From assembly GCA_039986455.1 (NCBI GenBank), contig JBDWQQ010000151.1, positions 4,376 to 68,375 of the forward strand: DNA of 64,000 bases. Direction: 5' to 3'. The position numbers and the translations under genes were made by a program. The stretch comes from Halioglobus sp. (GTDB taxonomy: Bacteria > Pseudomonadota > Gammaproteobacteria > Pseudomonadales > Halieaceae). Positions within the stretch are counted from its first letter, which is position 1; each line of letters starts with the position of its first letter. The notes under the pieces were generated by a model. That model saw nothing but the letters and a program-made list of their open reading frames with translations. It did no database searches and was not told where the DNA came from. This document shows positions 47,416-56,502 of this stretch, one piece after another.

Positions 47416-47758
47416 TAAACACTCTCCTAAACGCTAATTTATTCCTATTCCCAATTAGGGGACAGGCTAGGCAACCAAGCTATAGATTTTTATCCAAGCC
47501 CTCCACGGGTATGCCTGAATAATTGTAGACCATTGGATCGATATTGGGCGAAAGTATGCCCTAGCGAGAAATTTCTATTCATGATTGCTTTTTCTCCCGC
47601 TGGGCTAAACGTACCAATGCCCCGAGAATTGTGACCGTCCGGCTGCGGTCACCTTATTAACACTCAGTTCCACCTATAAAACTGTAAATTAGCGCCGTAA
47701 TCTAAAAACAGCATGCGAAATTTCGTAGCTTTCAACCTCCTTACGCGCAAGGTGTTGC

Positions 47759-47792
47759 AGTTTGCAATTCAAAATACTTCAAGTTGCAAACT
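47759..47792. promoter_or_regulatory. 9-bp inverted repeat with 16-nt spacer in a 570-bp non-coding gap
   Basis: agtttgcaa-N16-ttgcaaact, about 220 nt upstream of the small ORF at 48015. Confidence 0.3.
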
Positions 47793-48014
47793 AAAACTTC
47801 ACAGCTACCTAATCTAGCCCCATCTACCACTGATATGTATGGCACGCATCTTGCTTTTACCTAAGAGCGATAAGGGAGGCGCCCACATTGGCCGGCGTCA
47901 CGCCATGCGAAGCCTCTAATGGCGGTTGGTGGGAGACATCTACCTTCAACTGAATTGTAGATATGCATGCAAAGTCACCCATAAATTTTTACAGACACTG
48001 AAAAGGAAGACGAA

Positions 48015-48242
48015 ATGAACGCAGTTTTAGGAACCCCAAAAGCGTCCCAAGTAAAGACGTCGAGCTTGGCTTTAATAAACAAATCTTCGAGCTACAGCAT
48101 GGATCCTGTCGCTCTGGCTTATCTAGATTTCAATTTGTTTACATCGCTACGCAAGCTGGGGGTAAGCCGTGAAAGATTGTGTTCAGCTTTATGCATCAGC
48201 TACGACGATTACTTCTACTTGTGCGAGCTTGAAATCGCTTAG
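48015..48242 (+). CDS. Hypothetical 75-aa protein, possibly HTH-like
   Basis: AGGAAG 6 nt upstream of the ATG. LRKLGVSRERLCSALCIS looks helix-turn-helix-like. Opposite strand to the surrounding array. Confidence 0.35.
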   Translation: MNAVLGTPKASQVKTSSLALINKSSSYSMDPVALAYLDFNLFTSLRKLGVSRERLCSALCISYDDYFYLCELEIA

Positions 48243-48404
48243 CCGCTCAGCACCGGTGTAGATACACTCTGAAGGTAGAAGTGCGAGCCTTTACTTAATC
48301 AGAGACATTGTGTTTTGGGACGCCTCGTTTGCCCCTTAAAAATTCGTTCCTAGCAGCAAGGGGGGAAAACACCACCCCTTCGCTTATTGAGCCGTCACTA
48401 TCGT

Positions 48405-48510
48405 CAGATAGGACGCCCAAAGCTATCGATGAGGCGAAAGCGGACATTACGGGGACTAATTCTTCGGAGAGTGAGTTATTTTTGCTTTCGCCTCAAAGCG
48501 GACATTGGTC
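48405..48510 (-). repeat. Junction repeat, complete copy with altered hairpins
   Basis: + strand reads ...gatgaggcgaaagcggac-attacgggg...tttttgctttcgcctcaaagcggac-attgg. Confidence 0.8.
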
Positions 48511-48943
48511 CAATCTTGTCTAGCGCCAGAGCTAGACTAACTAGGACGCCGCTAGTGCTCTCAACGACAAACCCTAAACGAAAGTACTGCTCGACTACCG
48601 AAGAGCCTTTAATGGCTCTGCATCTGATGAAGTTTTTGTCGCATTCAAAGACACGGGCACAAAGCCATTGGAAAATTTTGAGCCCATAGATATTGCCCTG
48701 GTGCTCAGGAGCCAGCTGAAGCGTATGTACAAATAAGCCATCCTGCACTTCTTCTACTGAGATAAAGCCTATCCACTGGCCTTTTAAGAATATCGAGTAG
48801 TTATCGAGCGACAAATAGTGTGTTCGGTTCCATTCGTCATCCCACGGAACACCGACTGCTTCTAGCGTGGCTGACATATTCGTCCGCATAAGAATCAGCC
48901 CTTTATCGAACTCAGACTGCTTGGCAGCTACTAACATCAACAT
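48476..48943 (-). CDS. GNAT-family N-acetyltransferase-like protein
   Basis: 155 aa with GNAT-like core LQLAPEHQGNIYGLKIFQW. The last ~11 codons read through hairpin 1 of the downstream repeat. Confidence 0.6.
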   Translation of the reverse strand: MLMLVAAKQSEFDKGLILMRTNMSATLEAVGVPWDDEWNRTHYLSLDNYSIFLKGQWIGFISVEEVQDGLFVHTLQLAPEHQGNIYGLKIFQWLCARVFECDKNFIRCRAIKGSSVVEQYFRLGFVVESTSGVLVSLALALDKIGPMSALRRKQK

Positions 48944-48999
48944 TTACTTAGCAACTCTTTAACAGCGCCTACTAGATGAAATGTTAACCCCGTGAATGA

Positions 49000-49371
49000 C
49001 TAAAGACTGTCACCTGAAATCCAAATCTTTGCGGCATCCAGTTCATTAAAATCAAAGTGCTTGATTTCAGCGCTTACAAAATGATTCCCTACTTTTTCAG
49101 CAATAGTTCCAACTGGAGAATTAGTCGCGAACGCAATGCGTGAAACCCTTCTATGGTGGTCCTTGACGAACTTCAAGTGAGACACGAGGGACGAAAAAGA
49201 GTCCCATCCCGGAAAATTTTCAACATGGATCGCAATGCCTTTTAAGTCACCGTGCTCTTCTATAAACGGGTCAACAATTTCAGCTACTGCCTTAAAGTCG
49301 TTTCCTGAAAGCTCTCCCTCTGGGGTCAATATTGCAATACCTGCCTCTTTATCAAGCTCGATGCTTAACAT
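49000..49371 (-). CDS. STAS/SpoIIAA-like protein (DUF3478 type)
   Basis: MLSIELDKEAGIAILTPEGELS...; AGGAG sits 8 nt upstream of the ATG at 49371. Confidence 0.75.
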   Translation of the reverse strand: MLSIELDKEAGIAILTPEGELSGNDFKAVAEIVDPFIEEHGDLKGIAIHVENFPGWDSFSSLVSHLKFVKDHHRRVSRIAFATNSPVGTIAEKVGNHFVSAEIKHFDFNELDAAKIWISGDSL

Positions 49372-49457
49372 TCGTAATCTCCTGAATCTATTGGACGTAA
49401 ACAACTGATCTAATCTAGGTTATGGCCCGCTTATAGTCGAAAGCGAGGTATTTCTTA

Positions 49458-49553
49458 AGTTTAGACCAAATGACCGCTACTAGGCGAAAGCGGACGTTAG
49501 AGGACTTTATTGGGCCCCGGGGCAGTTAAGCGCTCTTTCACCTCAACAGGGAC
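49458..49553 (-). repeat. Junction repeat, complete copy
   Basis: + strand reads aagtttagaccaaatgaccgctactaggcgaaagcggac-gttagaggactttattgggccccggggcagttaa-gcgctctttcacctcaacagggac. Confidence 0.9.
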
Positions 49554-49626
49554 TATTTAGAGGTGTGAATAGCGCTGTTTTCAATGTCACCTTTGGGGCC
49601 AAGAGCGAAATCTGCCACGCATAAGT

Positions 49627-50193
49627 TCAAACTTTATCGACTGTATATTTCCATTGAATGAAGTCATTGGAAAAAACCTGGGCTTTTGCTTCTGACAGCC
49701 TCACGACTTTCCCGATTTTTCCAAACAAGGGCAGGCCTCCACCCAGCAGGATGGGGGCCTGTGAAACACAAAGCTCGTCGATCAGGTCATGCTGAAAAAA
49801 TGAAGTAATCGTGGCCCCTCCATCCACATAGACATGTCCGAAACCGCTCCTTTCCAACTCGCCATACAACTCGGGGATAGTTCCGGAATACATCCTGACG
49901 TTGCCCGGTAGGCTGCGTGGGGCTTTCGAGACCGATTTGCTCAGCACATGGATTGGAATTTCTCTGTACGGCCATTGGTCTGGAGTCAGGTTAAAACTTG
50001 CTATCTTCTCCATCGTTCTACGCCCCATGACCATGCAGTCTACGGAGTCCAGATAACTCGAAAAACCGCCATCGCCCATAGGCTCTCTCTCCTCGGTTTC
50101 AGCATTTCCAGCAGAGTCTAGCCAATCCACACCACCATCAACGGTGGCAATGTAGCCATCAGCACTAGTAGCAATGTAAACGGAGCACTTCAT
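49627..50193 (-). CDS. Dihydrofolate reductase family protein (RibD C-terminal domain type)
   Basis: MKCSVYIATSADGYIATVDGGVDWL...VYVDGGATITSF. Confidence 0.85.
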   Translation of the reverse strand: MKCSVYIATSADGYIATVDGGVDWLDSAGNAETEEREPMGDGGFSSYLDSVDCMVMGRRTMEKIASFNLTPDQWPYREIPIHVLSKSVSKAPRSLPGNVRMYSGTIPELYGELERSGFGHVYVDGGATITSFFQHDLIDELCVSQAPILLGGGLPLFGKIGKVVRLSEAKAQVFSNDFIQWKYTVDKV

Positions 50194-50216
50194 ACCTGAA
50201 CTCTATTACCATGAGA

Positions 50217-50347
50217 GTCCGCTTTTGACGTCGAAAGCGGCTATTCACCATACCATAGCAGAAACCTCGCAAAGCAGACGAAAGCGAACATTAGGGGCCT
50301 GAGTTGACTCGGGGGCGTGAAACGTCCGCTTTCACCTCAAAGCGGTC
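50217..50347 (-). repeat. Junction repeat, complete copy with duplicated or disrupted hairpin 2
   Basis: + strand reads gtccgcttttgacgtcgaaagcggc...cagacgaaagcgaac-attaggggcctgagttgactcgggggcgtgaaac-gtccgctttcacctcaaagcggtc. Confidence 0.85.
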
Positions 50348-50720
50348 ATTCGGCCTTGGGGTGTCTAACGCTCCACATGAACCAGAGGGAAGCCAAAACC
50401 CCTGCTATTTGAACGAACATAAATAAGTACATATTAAGAGGGGTTCTAGTACCAAAGGGGAGAGCAATCGAATTGATCTCATCTAGTGCTACTTCAATGT
50501 AAACCAAAGAAAAGCCCGCGATGATTTGACCAGAAATAACCGCTGCAACCCATACCAAATATAATATTGAAATAACGGAGGCTTGCGCCTTCGTAAGGTT
50601 TCCGCCCACCAAATAGCTTACGGCCAAATACGCACTAACTAACGTAAAGTACATCTGTCCTGCTTGCCACATCTGGCCCATTTGGTTGTGCATCATCTCG
50701 CCCATTTCATACTCGGTCAT
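50346..50720 (-). CDS. Small multi-pass membrane protein, paralog family B
   Basis: MTEYEMGE..., SAYLAVSYLVGGNL, C-terminal WFMWSVRHPKAE. The stop overlaps the repeat stem. Confidence 0.75.
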   Translation of the reverse strand: MTEYEMGEMMHNQMGQMWQAGQMYFTLVSAYLAVSYLVGGNLTKAQASVISILYLVWVAAVISGQIIAGFSLVYIEVALDEINSIALPFGTRTPLNMYLFMFVQIAGVLASLWFMWSVRHPKAE

Positions 50721-50751
50721 TTCTTGTCTCCGTGTTTATAGAACTACAACA

Positions 50752-50800
50752 AGAATAGACCGATGTCCGCTGTTAGGCGAAAGCGGTGGCTTTGGGGCCA
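50752..50800 (-). repeat. Junction repeat, tail plus hairpin 2 only
   Basis: + strand reads agaatagaccgat-gtccgc-tgttaggcgaaa-gcggtg-gctttggggcc. Confidence 0.8.
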
Positions 50801-50817
50801 GTAAATGCCTCGTAACG

Positions 50818-51330
50818 CTAGTCATTCCAGAGGCAATCGACGGCCCCTGCCTCTGCAATGGACGGGTCGACAGCCTCAACGAAAGAACTTCTGTAAATGC
50901 CCTGTATATTTCCCCATATGCGTTGAAAGCAAGGTCTTCGCGCCTGAGAGGCGGCAATATCTCTCTGGTTCAACCACTCCTCTTCAGGAAGCAGTCCGAG
51001 CTCAAATTGATAATGGGCGTTCTCTGTCGTAGTTAGCCAGACAGTGAGATAAGTCCGGACAACTGAACGCTCGCTTTGGGTCATGGAACTGTGATCATTG
51101 CCCCACAGCTGCAGTGCACTCCTCAGTGTTTCGGGAGCAAGAGAGGCTAGGTTGATATCGATTTCCATTGCCGTCCGCTGCTGGTAGATATCAGCCCGAG
51201 CCATATCTCGGCTCAATTTGAGTTCATAGGCCACAAAAGCTAATGACAAGACAACTCCAAGTGCGGCCAGCATCTGACCAATCCACTGGTATATAGGTAG
51301 CTTCATCCTTGTTTTCCCCATTCGATTCAT
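50818..51330 (-). CDS. Hypothetical N-terminally anchored protein, paralog family A
   Basis: N-terminal TM helix, then YELKLSR and HYQFELGLLPEEEW (compare YHQFQLGLMPDSHW at 8557-9027). Alternative start at 51306. Confidence 0.6.
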   Translation of the reverse strand: MNRMGKTRMKLPIYQWIGQMLAALGVVLSLAFVAYELKLSRDMARADIYQQRTAMEIDINLASLAPETLRSALQLWGNDHSSMTQSERSVVRTYLTVWLTTTENAHYQFELGLLPEEEWLNQRDIAASQARRPCFQRIWGNIQGIYRSSFVEAVDPSIAEAGAVDCLWND

Positions 51331-51337
51331 CCAACAA

Positions 51338-51440
51338 AGGATAACCCGATGACCTCTATTAGGCGAAAGCGGGCATTACGGCCCTTACCAGACCTGGGGA
51401 CTGGAAACGTCCACTTTCACCTCAAAGCTGCTGTTAACGT
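51338..51440 (-). repeat. Junction repeat, complete copy
   Basis: + strand reads ggataacccgat-gacctc-tattaggcgaaa-gcgggc-attacggcccttaccagacctggggactggaaac-gtccac-tttcacctcaaa-gctgct. Confidence 0.9.
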
Positions 51441-51473
51441 TTAGTTCGGTGGCAGTATGCCGTCGTGACTGCC

Positions 51474-51887
51474 TTACCTTGTGATGCGAACCGGGTAGCA
51501 CCAATTTTCTCGCCATCGCTCTCGTTTCTCCTCACACGTTTGAGAGCTAAAATTAGCCTGCACAGAATCAGAGAAGCCCAGTTTATTATTAAGACAATTG
51601 GCATTTAACGCGCCGTACAGCTGATCATCAATTTCCGCTGTTACGAATACGAGCTGGCCACAATTGGCGCACTCATGAAAAACAGCGCTTTTTGAGCCGT
51701 GCTGGACCTCTTTAAGAAGTTTTCTATTGCGAATTAAAACATCAAATTTTGTCCCCGACTTTGTGACGTATTTTGCTGCTTTGGATAAGCAATAGTCACA
51801 CTGGCATGCTCGAGGCACCGAGCTGAGATCTACCGTATGCCAAGTAACCTGAATATTCTTGCAATCACAGCTGCCGGAGATACTCAT
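51474..51887 (-). CDS. GFA (glutathione-dependent formaldehyde-activating enzyme) family protein
   Basis: Cys pattern GSCDC...CQCDYC...HECANCG. Confidence 0.8.
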   Translation of the reverse strand: MSISGSCDCKNIQVTWHTVDLSSVPRACQCDYCLSKAAKYVTKSGTKFDVLIRNRKLLKEVQHGSKSAVFHECANCGQLVFVTAEIDDQLYGALNANCLNNKLGFSDSVQANFSSQTCEEKRERWRENWCYPVRITR

Positions 51888-51956
51888 TTAAGGGGCTTAT
51901 TACAGCTCATCAAAGCGGTTACTCAGTCTTGGCCCGTCGGTAGTGGGAGTGCGGGG

Positions 51957-52436
51957 TTATTCGCTTGCTTCGGGGACGACGCTGTAGTGCAGGCTAACAA
52001 TCTTCCAGGCACCTTCAATTTTCTGCCACACATCGGTTTCAAAAGCGCGTTCCTCGTTCATGCCCTGCGGATAGCGCGTGCGGTTGTCGATGAAGTAAGT
52101 GACGATAGCCATGTCGCCGCTAGGCATAAGCTGCACAAGTAGGTCCGATGTGTCGTTCTTCTCGACACCACCACCGGCGTTCATCAGTGAGTGCCATTCC
52201 TCGTTGTATGCGACTATGTCCTGGCGTTCGCCGTAAAAGTACACACTCGCATTCTCGGCATAAAAGCCGAAGTAGGTATCGACGTCGTTGGTCGCGTAGG
52301 CCTCGTTAAATGATGTATATGCGGTGGTGAGATCTTCGGGAATCTTTCCCTGATTCTCGGCGTTGGCCGCCAAGGGCAAGTGCAGAAGGAATAGAAGAGA
52401 GAGTGCGGCGCAACTAAATAGCATCTTGTAGTTCAT
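51957..52436 (-). CDS. Secreted SnoaL/DUF4440-like (NTF2 fold) protein
   Basis: Signal peptide ending LAANA. FNEAYATNDVDTYFGFY and WKIVSLHYS are typical of the fold. Confidence 0.7.
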   Translation of the reverse strand: MNYKMLFSCAALSLLFLLHLPLAANAENQGKIPEDLTTAYTSFNEAYATNDVDTYFGFYAENASVYFYGERQDIVAYNEEWHSLMNAGGGVEKNDTSDLLVQLMPSGDMAIVTYFIDNRTRYPQGMNEERAFETDVWQKIEGAWKIVSLHYSVVPEASE

Positions 52437-52708
52437 AACTATGGCCTACCGATTCGACGGCTTCGAAAAAATTAGAAGTGATGCGACGAGATTGTAGCAG
52501 AGTCAGATCAGAGATTCCGGGGCGAGATAAGCATCTCCCAAAACTCCCTACCCAACCGCTGCCGCACTCTGCAGTTGATGGTCGCAGAATGCATGAGTGA
52601 GATCTGCGTGTCACTCGGGACCAAGAAAGAACTTACCCGGAGCAATCCGGTGAGCACCAGTATTACTTCTTGCAGCCACATAACTTACTGCGCAGCGATT
52701 CTCTCAGC

Positions 52709-53647
52709 CTAGAGCACACTCGTTTGCAGTGGCTTACCGTCGAGAAAACTCTCAATATTCGATTGTGCGACCTGCGCTTGTGCGAACAGCGTCTCGTAGG
52801 TTGAGCCGCCTTGATGAGGCGTGAGGATCACGTTTGGAACATCGGCCCAACGATCGCTGCTGGTTGGCTCGGGGTCGAATACATCTAGCCCCGCACCACC
52901 GATTCGACGCGACCTGAGTGCGTCTATCAATGCTATTTCATCAACCACACTGCCTCGCGATACATTCACAAGTACACCGTCTGGCCCAAGTCGATCAAGA
53001 ATATTTTGACTGATCAGGTGTCTATTTGACGCGTCCGGTCGGCAACAGATGACTAGCCCGAGGCACTGATCAGCCAGCGCTTCGAGGGTATCGACGTAGG
53101 GAATGGCTGCGTCCGGTTTCGCTCTAGGACCCCACCATTTCAGGTCCAGCCCGAAAGGAGACAACCTTTTCACAACTTCCTGACCTATTGAGCCAAGGCC
53201 CACGATACCCACAGGCGTATTTCGAAGTGAGTGGCGCAGAGGGCCGGCCGGTGAGATCCATTGGTCGTTCATAATGTACGACTGCGATTGAGGTAAGCGC
53301 AATAGCAGGCTTGTCAGCAAAGTAGCCGCCAGATCAGCGACATCGCCAGAATTCAGCCCTGGGGCATTGGTTACCACGATACCACGCGATCGGCACTCAT
53401 CGAGGTCAACATTGCTGAAGCCGGCGGAGACCGAGGCAATCATTTTCAATCTGGGAAAACGCGACAACAGACTCTTGTCCAGCTTCTCAATGCTCGCTGA
53501 AAGAAGAACCTCCACCTCGCTACCGTGTTTCTCAATAATGTCGTTGATATCTCCTTTCCCAGTAATCCAGCGCCAGCGCGATGGTGGGTTGGGAAACAAG
53601 GTGTGCATTTGCGCGTGCATAGCAAGAATGCCTACGGACTCTGACAT
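52709..53647 (-). CDS. D-2-hydroxyacid dehydrogenase family (glyoxylate/hydroxypyruvate reductase-like)
   Basis: GIVGLGSIGQEV, VNVSRGSVVDE, LTPHQGGST. Confidence 0.9.
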   Translation of the reverse strand: MSESVGILAMHAQMHTLFPNPPSRWRWITGKGDINDIIEKHGSEVEVLLSASIEKLDKSLLSRFPRLKMIASVSAGFSNVDLDECRSRGIVVTNAPGLNSGDVADLAATLLTSLLLRLPQSQSYIMNDQWISPAGPLRHSLRNTPVGIVGLGSIGQEVVKRLSPFGLDLKWWGPRAKPDAAIPYVDTLEALADQCLGLVICCRPDASNRHLISQNILDRLGPDGVLVNVSRGSVVDEIALIDALRSRRIGGAGLDVFDPEPTSSDRWADVPNVILTPHQGGSTYETLFAQAQVAQSNIESFLDGKPLQTSVL

Positions 53648-53737
53648 TGGCAGCTCCTGTGTGGATAGTTTCGCGGCAGGCGCATTGAACAGCTAGCGCT
53701 CGCGTTCTGGGATAGTTATGTTCTTAGCTGGTCGGCC

Positions 53738-54913
53738 CTAGATGCTCAAATCAAGGGCGTTATAGTCGTGTAAGACAACCTTTGCTTCCGCGTTCCATTT
53801 GTAGTCCAGCCCTCGCTCTCGAAACGGCTGATACTCGTACGGCGCTTCGTCGGGAAAGCGCTGCCTTCGCGCGTCGATAGCGTAACCAATAACCTCAGAA
53901 CGCTTCGCGATAACTGCGTCGTCGAAAACTTGTGCTTCGTTATGGGTACCAGCACCCATCACGTTAAGCACCGAGCTCCGCCGGTGGAAGCCCATATTGA
54001 CTGTTATGCGAGGCTCGAAACCTGTATTGGCGAAGGACCCGTGAACAAGTTGGCGATTGCACAGGATTACATCACCGGCTTCGCAGACGAGAGGGACTGT
54101 TCCCTTGATGCGCTCGCTACCGGATTCCTTCACCAGTTCTGTGATGTCTACTTTTCCAGCTTTATGACTCCCCGGTAAAACCCAAACTCCGTTCACGGCA
54201 GTGCTTCCATAGACTTGGGCCATAAAGTTGAAACCGTGAATATCTTGATCAAAGTCTTCGCTGTCCCAATGAGTCGTGCCGTCCTGATGCCACGATACTG
54301 CGGCACCGATACCGGGTTCCTTGATGAACAGCGTTTCATTGAAGGGTGCGAAGTCTTGTCCATTAATCTCTTCGGCAACCTTCAATAACTGCGGGTGTCC
54401 GTAGACCCGCAGGCAGGTTTCGGAGAACTGCAGAGACCCAAGCAGGATGAATGGCGCCATTTCAGGCGCGTCGTCTGCGGCTATAGGCTCGTGCAGCTTT
54501 ACCTGATGCCTACCATTAGCGAGCGTTGAGCCGCCTAGAGGATCGCCCAGAGGCTTTGACCAAACTAATGTCGGTGCTTTGCAGTCAGCACCAAGTGCGG
54601 GCGCACCATCGGCCGTAAGCGGCTCCCCAGGCCCTACAGGGAACCGTTTTTTAAGGGCTTGGAGATCTTGTTCAATGTCTTGGAGCTCTTCAGGTTGCAG
54701 AACGCCGGTGAATACGTAAAAACCGTAGTGTTTGTAGGCATCCACAATCTTAGGGTCGAGCTTTCCGTCGCCATCGAAGGAGATAGGCCCCCGATTGTCC
54801 AGTTGCATTGCGCGTTCATGCCCACAGAGCAGATACGTCCGCATTGCCTGAGCATCATCACCATAGTGTGCCGCACACGCTTCAATTGATTCCATATAGT
54901 CTGGTTGCTTCAT
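53738..54913 (-). CDS. Phytanoyl-CoA dioxygenase (PhyH) family Fe(II)/2-oxoglutarate oxygenase
   Basis: 391 aa; VSWHQDG and LVHGSFANT. Confidence 0.85.
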   Translation of the reverse strand: MKQPDYMESIEACAAHYGDDAQAMRTYLLCGHERAMQLDNRGPISFDGDGKLDPKIVDAYKHYGFYVFTGVLQPEELQDIEQDLQALKKRFPVGPGEPLTADGAPALGADCKAPTLVWSKPLGDPLGGSTLANGRHQVKLHEPIAADDAPEMAPFILLGSLQFSETCLRVYGHPQLLKVAEEINGQDFAPFNETLFIKEPGIGAAVSWHQDGTTHWDSEDFDQDIHGFNFMAQVYGSTAVNGVWVLPGSHKAGKVDITELVKESGSERIKGTVPLVCEAGDVILCNRQLVHGSFANTGFEPRITVNMGFHRRSSVLNVMGAGTHNEAQVFDDAVIAKRSEVIGYAIDARRQRFPDEAPYEYQPFRERGLDYKWNAEAKVVLHDYNALDLSI

Positions 54914-54966
54914 TAGCGTGCCGTCCGCTTCAGTAGTATTCGTAAATGGGTTACATATTTTATTGA

Positions 54967-54982
54967 TAGTAAAATTTTACTA
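54967..54982. promoter_or_regulatory. Perfect 16-bp palindrome, candidate TetR operator
   Basis: TAGTAAAATTTTACTA between the divergent PhyH and TetR genes, followed by a further half-site, TAGTAAA, at 54985-54991. Confidence 0.5.
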
Positions 54983-54995
54983 ATAGTAAATTTAT

Positions 54996-55688
54996 GTGTC
55001 AATATCTATCCGATTAGATTGCTGGGAGAGCATTGTGGCTGCTAAAGGGCAGGCAACACGACAAGCAAATAAAGAACTTCGCAGGGAGAAAATACTCTCG
55101 GTCGCCAGGAGCCTGATCGCCGAAGAGGGGTTTGACGCCCTTACTATCAGCAAAATGGCCCAGAGATCCGGGGTTACCATTCCGACCGTGCACAACCTGC
55201 TAGGGAAGAAGAACGATATCGTTCTCGCGCTGTTCCGGGAACTCGTCGATCGCATTGATGAAGTACTTGCTGAACCCGAGATGGTGGATCCCATAGATGC
55301 ATCAGAGGCTTTCCTGGATAGCCTTCTGAAGCTCTACGGGTCCGATGAAGTGTTCTACAGGGCAGCGTTCCTGGGAGGAGAGCGTCTCGGGCTCTTTGAG
55401 CATGAAATGAACGATGGTGTATTCCGAAAGTCCATCAAGGTAGCGGAGCGACTCTGTGATCGCGCCCTTGAGCACGGATATCTGCTGGGCCGCGTGGACA
55501 GCCGCTGGTTGGCTCAGCAGTTGTTTGGTTCCCAGCGACTCGCGAGGCAGGACTGGGTCAGCGGATACATTGATTTGGCGACGTACCGGCAACAGGCTCT
55601 GATCGGTATGCTGATTACGTTCGCCGCAGATGCAACGCCAGATCTACACCAGCGAATCTGTCAGCGAATAGATCAGTTGGCGCGCTAA
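54996..55688 (+). CDS. TetR family transcriptional regulator
   Basis: GTG start; ILSVARSLIAEEGFDALTISKMAQRSGVTIPTVHNLLG is the HTH. Confidence 0.85.
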   Translation: MSISIRLDCWESIVAAKGQATRQANKELRREKILSVARSLIAEEGFDALTISKMAQRSGVTIPTVHNLLGKKNDIVLALFRELVDRIDEVLAEPEMVDPIDASEAFLDSLLKLYGSDEVFYRAAFLGGERLGLFEHEMNDGVFRKSIKVAERLCDRALEHGYLLGRVDSRWLAQQLFGSQRLARQDWVSGYIDLATYRQQALIGMLITFAADATPDLHQRICQRIDQLAR

Positions 55689-55872
55689 CACGGCGAAAAC
55701 TTTCAATCTGGTGGCCCCACCGAGACTTGAACCCTGGAAAAATCGCTTACAAGTCTAAAGGCCTTGCCCTCCCCTGCTTCGGACAGATCATAGGTTGTCG
55801 CAATGTCAGCCTATAACGCCCAGCAAGCCATCATGCACGCTCACTGGAGCGCCTGTTACTGGCGCGTATGTT

Positions 55873-56349
55873 TTAGTTCTCATTCAAAGCAACAATGTCG
55901 CCAAGGATTTCAGCAGACAGTACCGATTTTGACAGGTACTGTTGACCTCCAGATTTAGTCACTAGAATGATGCCCAGATCTGTTTCAACAACACGCTCAA
56001 CATCTGACCACAGCAATGAAGATTGCGTATAGGGGTTGCGCGTTTGTATCCCGTCTGAGTCTATGGTCAATTTCACTTCGCTGTTAGCGCTCCTCCCCCA
56101 CATCTGCCTAGCTAACCACCACGCTCGTCGAAATCGTATATGAATCAGTTCCAGTGCGCCCAGAGCGATTAAGATGAACCCCGCGACCTTGGGCTGCTGA
56201 CTAAATACCAGCAAGCCTGATCCAGCGACAAACAATATGACTGGAAATAGATAACTAGGCTTGGCGTTTTTCCCATGAGGCAAAGACTGATCGAAACATT
56301 CAGCAAGGTACTCCCGAGACAACATGAATTGAGTATTGAAATGCTTCAT
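55873..56349 (-). CDS. YcxB-like membrane protein
   Basis: 158 aa; two central TM helices followed by a bPH-like C-terminal part. Confidence 0.55.
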   Translation of the reverse strand: MKHFNTQFMLSREYLAECFDQSLPHGKNAKPSYLFPVILFVAGSGLLVFSQQPKVAGFILIALGALELIHIRFRRAWWLARQMWGRSANSEVKLTIDSDGIQTRNPYTQSSLLWSDVERVVETDLGIILVTKSGGQQYLSKSVLSAEILGDIVALNEN

Positions 56350-56502
56350 GGCAAAGACTTGTTATGGATAATTCAGTTGTAGTAGCGCTAGCATTTCTAG
56401 CGTAACTATTAATAGATGCTTGCTCACAGCGCTAGATTAGTTTTCTGTACGCAAACATTTGTTCATCAGCTCTCTGCACAAGCACCTCTAGTTCGTACTT
56501 TT

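Larger units (their letters stand above)
46786..52480 (-). mobile_element. Cassette-like gene array 2, inverted relative to array 1
   Basis: Eight - strand ORFs separated by six clear and three decayed copies of the same repeat, all reverse-complemented relative to array 1. Confidence 0.5.
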
